From: an uncultured bacterium
Lineage (GTDB): Bacteria; Desulfobacterota_D; UBA1144; Nemesobacterales; UBA2774
Direction of reading: 5' to 3'
Length of the DNA stretch: 64,000 nt
NCBI GenBank assembly: GCA_963825135.1
Contig: CAWGRW010000009.1
Location: 2,688,001 to 2,752,000 of the forward strand
Shown: positions 60,725 through 64,000 of the stretch, one piece after another
Layout of the letters: each line of letters starts with the position of its first letter
Position numbering within the stretch: the first letter of the stretch is position 1
Made by a program: the position numbers and the translations under genes
Notes under the pieces: generated by a model
Seen by the model: the letters and a program-made list of their open reading frames with translations, nothing else
Told to the model about the DNA's origin: nothing
Databases searched by the model: none

Positions 60725-61680
60725 ATGAATATTTCTAATGGTCCCGAAATGTCGGTCGTGCTAATTACTCCGGATACCTACGGGACAATAAGGAGAACCG
60801 TCGAATGCCTGAAAGCACAGACCGTCAAGGACAAACTGGAATTGGTGATCGTCGCGCTGTCCGCGAGCGGGCCCGGAATAAGCCCGGAGGAGTCGGGGTT
60901 TTTCACGGGTTTCAGGTCGTGAAGCCCGGGGAGATAACTTCTTACGGCGAGGCATTGTCGGCGGGCGTGAGAGCCGCGTCCGCGCCTGTCGTCGCCTTCT
61001 CGGAAGACCACGTATTCCCCGACCCGCACTGGGCCGAGGCGTTGATCGGATCGCATAGGAACGGCTGGTCTGCGGTCGGGCCTGTAATATGCAACGCGAA
61101 CCCGAAGAGCCCGGTCGGATGGGCGGATATCCTGATGGGCTACTCGCCGTGGCTATATCCCAACGCCGGGGGAGAAATGAATCATCTTCCCGGACACAAC
61201 AGCAGTTACAAACGCGATATCCTGCTTGAATACGGCCCCGAGCTCGACAGTTTTCTCGAAGCTGAGAGCGTTTTGCATTGGGACCTCGTCTCGAAAGGAC
61301 ACAAGCTCTATCTCGAGCCCGCGGCTAAAATATATCACCTGAACTTCGGCGTTTTCTCCACGTTCCTGAGCGTCAACCGTCTAATGGGACGGATGTTCGC
61401 CGCATCAAGGTGTCAGTCGTGGCCGAAGGGCAAACGATTACTCTTCGCATTCGGCTCACTGCTCATCCCCTTCGTGCGCTTTTACAGGATTTCACGGAAT
61501 TATTCAGGCAGCCTCGGTCTTCTCAAATCGAAGCCGCAGGTCTGTCCGATACTGATCGCAGGGCTCTTCGTGAGCGCGTTCGGAGAGATGACGGGCTACG
61601 TCTCAGGCCCGGGCAACTCCATACAAAAAACATTCGAATACCATTTCCACCGCGACAAGCACGCAAAGAAGGAATCATAA
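60725..61680 (+). CDS. Glycosyltransferase family 2 (indel near 60900)
   Basis: MSVVL...L..QT, VAFSEDH, GHNSSYKR. Confidence 0.75.
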
Positions 61681-61881
61681 AAAAGCTTGAGACGCACCCT
61701 CTACCACCTCCGCCTGCATATTGGTCATGATGTTCGGCACAAGCCGCATGCAGAGAGCGAAGAAGCACCGTATAAATTTTATTATTGAGAGGGGATGAAT
61801 CTTCCGAACAGCTTAGGAATCTTATATATATATGACCTTTAACCAGCTAAACTATACAGCTTCAGAATTTATGGTGACTCC

Positions 61882-62810
61882 GTGAACGCTATCATTTCAG
61901 TAAAAAACCTGAGCAAGACATACGCGTCGGGCTTTCAGGCACTTCGGAATATCGATCTCGACATACGGAGGGGGGAGATATTCGCGCTTCTGGGTCCGAA
62001 CGGCGCGGGAAAGACGACGCTCATCAGCATCATATGCGGTATTGTGAACCCGAGCGGGGGCACGGTGCTTGCAGACGGCCACGACATCATTTCAGACTAC
62101 CGCGCGGCACGCTCGAAGATAGGCCTCGTCCCCCAGGAGCTCGACGACGGACGTATTCGAGACGGTCAGGGACACGATGAACTTCAGCCGGGGGCTCTTC
62201 GGAAAGCCGCCAGACCCGGCCCATATCGAGAAGGTCATGGGCGACCTGTCGCTCAGGGACAAGGCCGACACGAAGATACAGGCGCTCTCGGGGGGTATGA
62301 AGCGCCGCGTGCTCATCGCCAAGGCCCTCTCGCACGAGCCCACAATACTTTTCCTCGACGAGCCGACAGCAGGAGTCGACGTCGAGCTCCGCCGCGATAT
62401 GTGGGAGATGGTCAGGGCGCTCAGGGAGGACGGCGTGACCATAATACTGACGACGCACTATATAGAAGAAGCGGAGCTCATAGCCGACCGCATAGGGATC
62501 ATAAACAAGGGCGAGATTATACTCGTCGAGGACAAGACGGCGCTCATGCGGAAGCTCGGGAAGAGGCAGCTGAAGTTATATCTCCAGAACCCGATAGCCT
62601 CTATCCCCTTCGAGCTCGGCGGTCTCGACCTCGAACTATCGGCGGACGGGGGCGAGCTCGTATACACGTTCGACGTGCACGGAGAGGAGACGGGGATAGC
62701 GCCGCTCCTTAAACGCCTGAGCGAGCACGGGATAGATTACAGGGACATACATTCGAGCGAGAGGCTCTCTAGAGGAGATATTCGTGAGCCTCGTCACTGA
62801 GAAACGATGA
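61882..62810 (+). CDS. ABC-2 type transporter ATP-binding protein, YadG-like (indels near 62142 and 62763)
   Basis: [33 protein letters not shown]; corrected stop overlaps next start (ATGA). Confidence 0.9.
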
Positions 62811-63586
62811 ACTTCTACGCGATACGGTCGATATATATTTTTGAGATGTCGCGCACGTGGCGGACGCTGATGCAGAGCATCGCGTCTCCCATACTCTCGA
62901 CCTCGCTATATTTCGTGGTCTTCGGCGCGGCTATCGGATCGAGGGTGGGGGATATCGAAGGGGTAAGCTACGGCGCGTTCATCGTCCCCGGCCTCGCCAT
63001 GCTGACTATAATGAGCGAGAGCATCTCGAACGCGTCTTTCGGCATATACCTGCCGAAATTCACGGGCACGATTTACGAGGTCCTCTCGGCGCCTGTCTCA
63101 TACATCGAGATCCTGATCGGATACGTGGGCGCGGCCGCGACGAAATCCGTCATACTGGGCACGCTCATACTGGCCACGGCGCGCCTGTTCGTCCCCTACG
63201 GGGTCCTGCACCCGTTCTGGATGGCGGGGTTCCTCCTCCTCACCGCGGTCACGTTCAGCCTGTTCGGTTTTATAATAGGCATATGGGCGGACGGCTTTCA
63301 GAAATTACAGATAGTGCCTCTGCTGATCGTAACGCCGCTTACGTTCCTGGGGGGGAGTTTTTATTCGATATACATGCTGCCGCCTATATGGCAGAAGATC
63401 ACGCTCTTTAACCCCGTCGTCTATCTCATTAGCGGGTTCAGATGGAGCCTGTACGGGGTCTCCGACGTGAACGTGGAAATAAGCCTGGGTATGACCGTTC
63501 TGTTCCTCGCCGTCTGCATCGCCGCCGTATGGTGGATATTCAGGACGGGTTACAGGATCAAGAGCTCGAGGGGGAGCCGGGCGTAA
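62807..63586 (+). CDS. ABC-2 type transporter permease, YadH-like
   Basis: [35 protein letters not shown]. Confidence 0.9.
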   Translation: MNFYAIRSIYIFEMSRTWRTLMQSIASPILSTSLYFVVFGAAIGSRVGDIEGVSYGAFIVPGLAMLTIMSESISNASFGIYLPKFTGTIYEVLSAPVSYIEILIGYVGAAATKSVILGTLILATARLFVPYGVLHPFWMAGFLLLTAVTFSLFGFIIGIWADGFQKLQIVPLLIVTPLTFLGGSFYSIYMLPPIWQKITLFNPVVYLISGFRWSLYGVSDVNVEISLGMTVLFLAVCIAAVWWIFRTGYRIKSSRGSRA

Positions 63587-63609
63587 GTACGCATTCTCCC
63601 GATCCGCCC

Positions 63610-63999
63610 TCAATACTCCTCGGGGTCTAACTTCAGCGCCTCGTTGAACCTGTTAATCATGTTGTATAGCGCGGCGATCATCGTAATCTCGACCACCTGG
63701 GAATCGCTCCAGTGCTTCTTTAGCTCGCCGTACACGGCGTCCGGGATGCTGCCTGGATTTATGGTCAGCGCTTCGGCGTAACCGAGCGCCGCCTTCTCCG
63801 CGTCGCTTATGTGCGCGCTCCCCGGATCGTTCATCTCCGTAATCTCATCGGGCGTAAAGCCCATCTTCGCGCTTATCTGCTCGTGCGCGTGGCAGCAGTA
63901 CCTCGAACGATTAAGTTTCGACACCCTGAGTATGATCCTCTCCTTCAGCTTCGGGTCGAGCTCGTCCGGCTGCTGGACTGCGGCGACGAACGGGCCTAT
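63610..63999 (-). CDS. Carboxymuconolactone decarboxylase/AhpD-like protein (5' truncated by window edge)
   Basis: LDPKLKERIILRVSKLNRSRYCCHAH, E.AAL.YA..LT, YNMINRF. Confidence 0.8.
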   Translation of the reverse strand: MGPFVAAVQQPDELDPKLKERIILRVSKLNRSRYCCHAHEQISAKMGFTPDEITEMNDPGSAHISDAEKAALGYAEALTINPGSIPDAVYGELKKHWSDSQVVEITMIAALYNMINRFNEALKLDPEEY

Positions 64000-64000
64000 G

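Noticed and set aside
15496..62810. Programmed ribosomal frameshifting or true pseudogenes
   Set aside because: No consistent slippery sites; unrelated housekeeping genes are affected without other decay, so sequencing indels are more parsimonious
63880..63915. Selenocysteine or unusual redox motif in the AhpD-like protein
   Set aside because: The motif reads SRYC(C) with ordinary TGC codons and no in-frame TGA; single-Cys variants are unremarkable in this family
1..64000. CRISPR array, tRNA, rRNA, integrase or transposase genes
   Set aside because: No regularly spaced repeat-spacer array, cloverleaf/T-loop signature or recombinase motif was recognised by eye

Overview
Bacterial chromosomal segment, GC-rich overall with a few AT-richer accessory patches. 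Gene content and the many IPTL-CTERM proteins suggest a Desulfobacterota/'Dadabacteria'-like organism (inference only). It carries housekeeping genes (recN, sigma-70 factor, proA, ndk, lipB, holA, rpsT, transaldolase, tlyA-ispA-xseB, hflX, mlaDFE, alr, mntR-mntH, cytochrome c peroxidase, gdhA) and surface-glycan genes (rmlC, UDP-glucuronate decarboxylase, cysC, gmd, an sxtJ-carbamoyltransferase-sxtK-like module). There are seven IPTL-CTERM surface proteins in four loci, several families of short palindromic intergenic repeats, and a 123-bp inverted-repeat element present twice around an ABC-ATPase gene. The best candidate for an undescribed system is an AT-rich ~4 kb cassette (TauD/SyrP-like dioxygenase, acyl carrier protein, GNAT, D-Asp-ligase-like ATP-grasp). 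It is bounded by a decayed direct repeat of the 5' end of the neighbouring radical SAM gene. A second candidate is a trans-envelope HTH-like/J-domain/TM/LysM protein. About 13 genes, including housekeeping ones, are split by single-base indels, most likely long-read sequencing errors. Three small genes missing from the ORF track were found by hand (9576-9755, 37104-37256, 55551-55727). No rRNA, tRNA, CRISPR array, integrase or transposase was recognised. All family calls come from motif recognition by eye; no database search was run.
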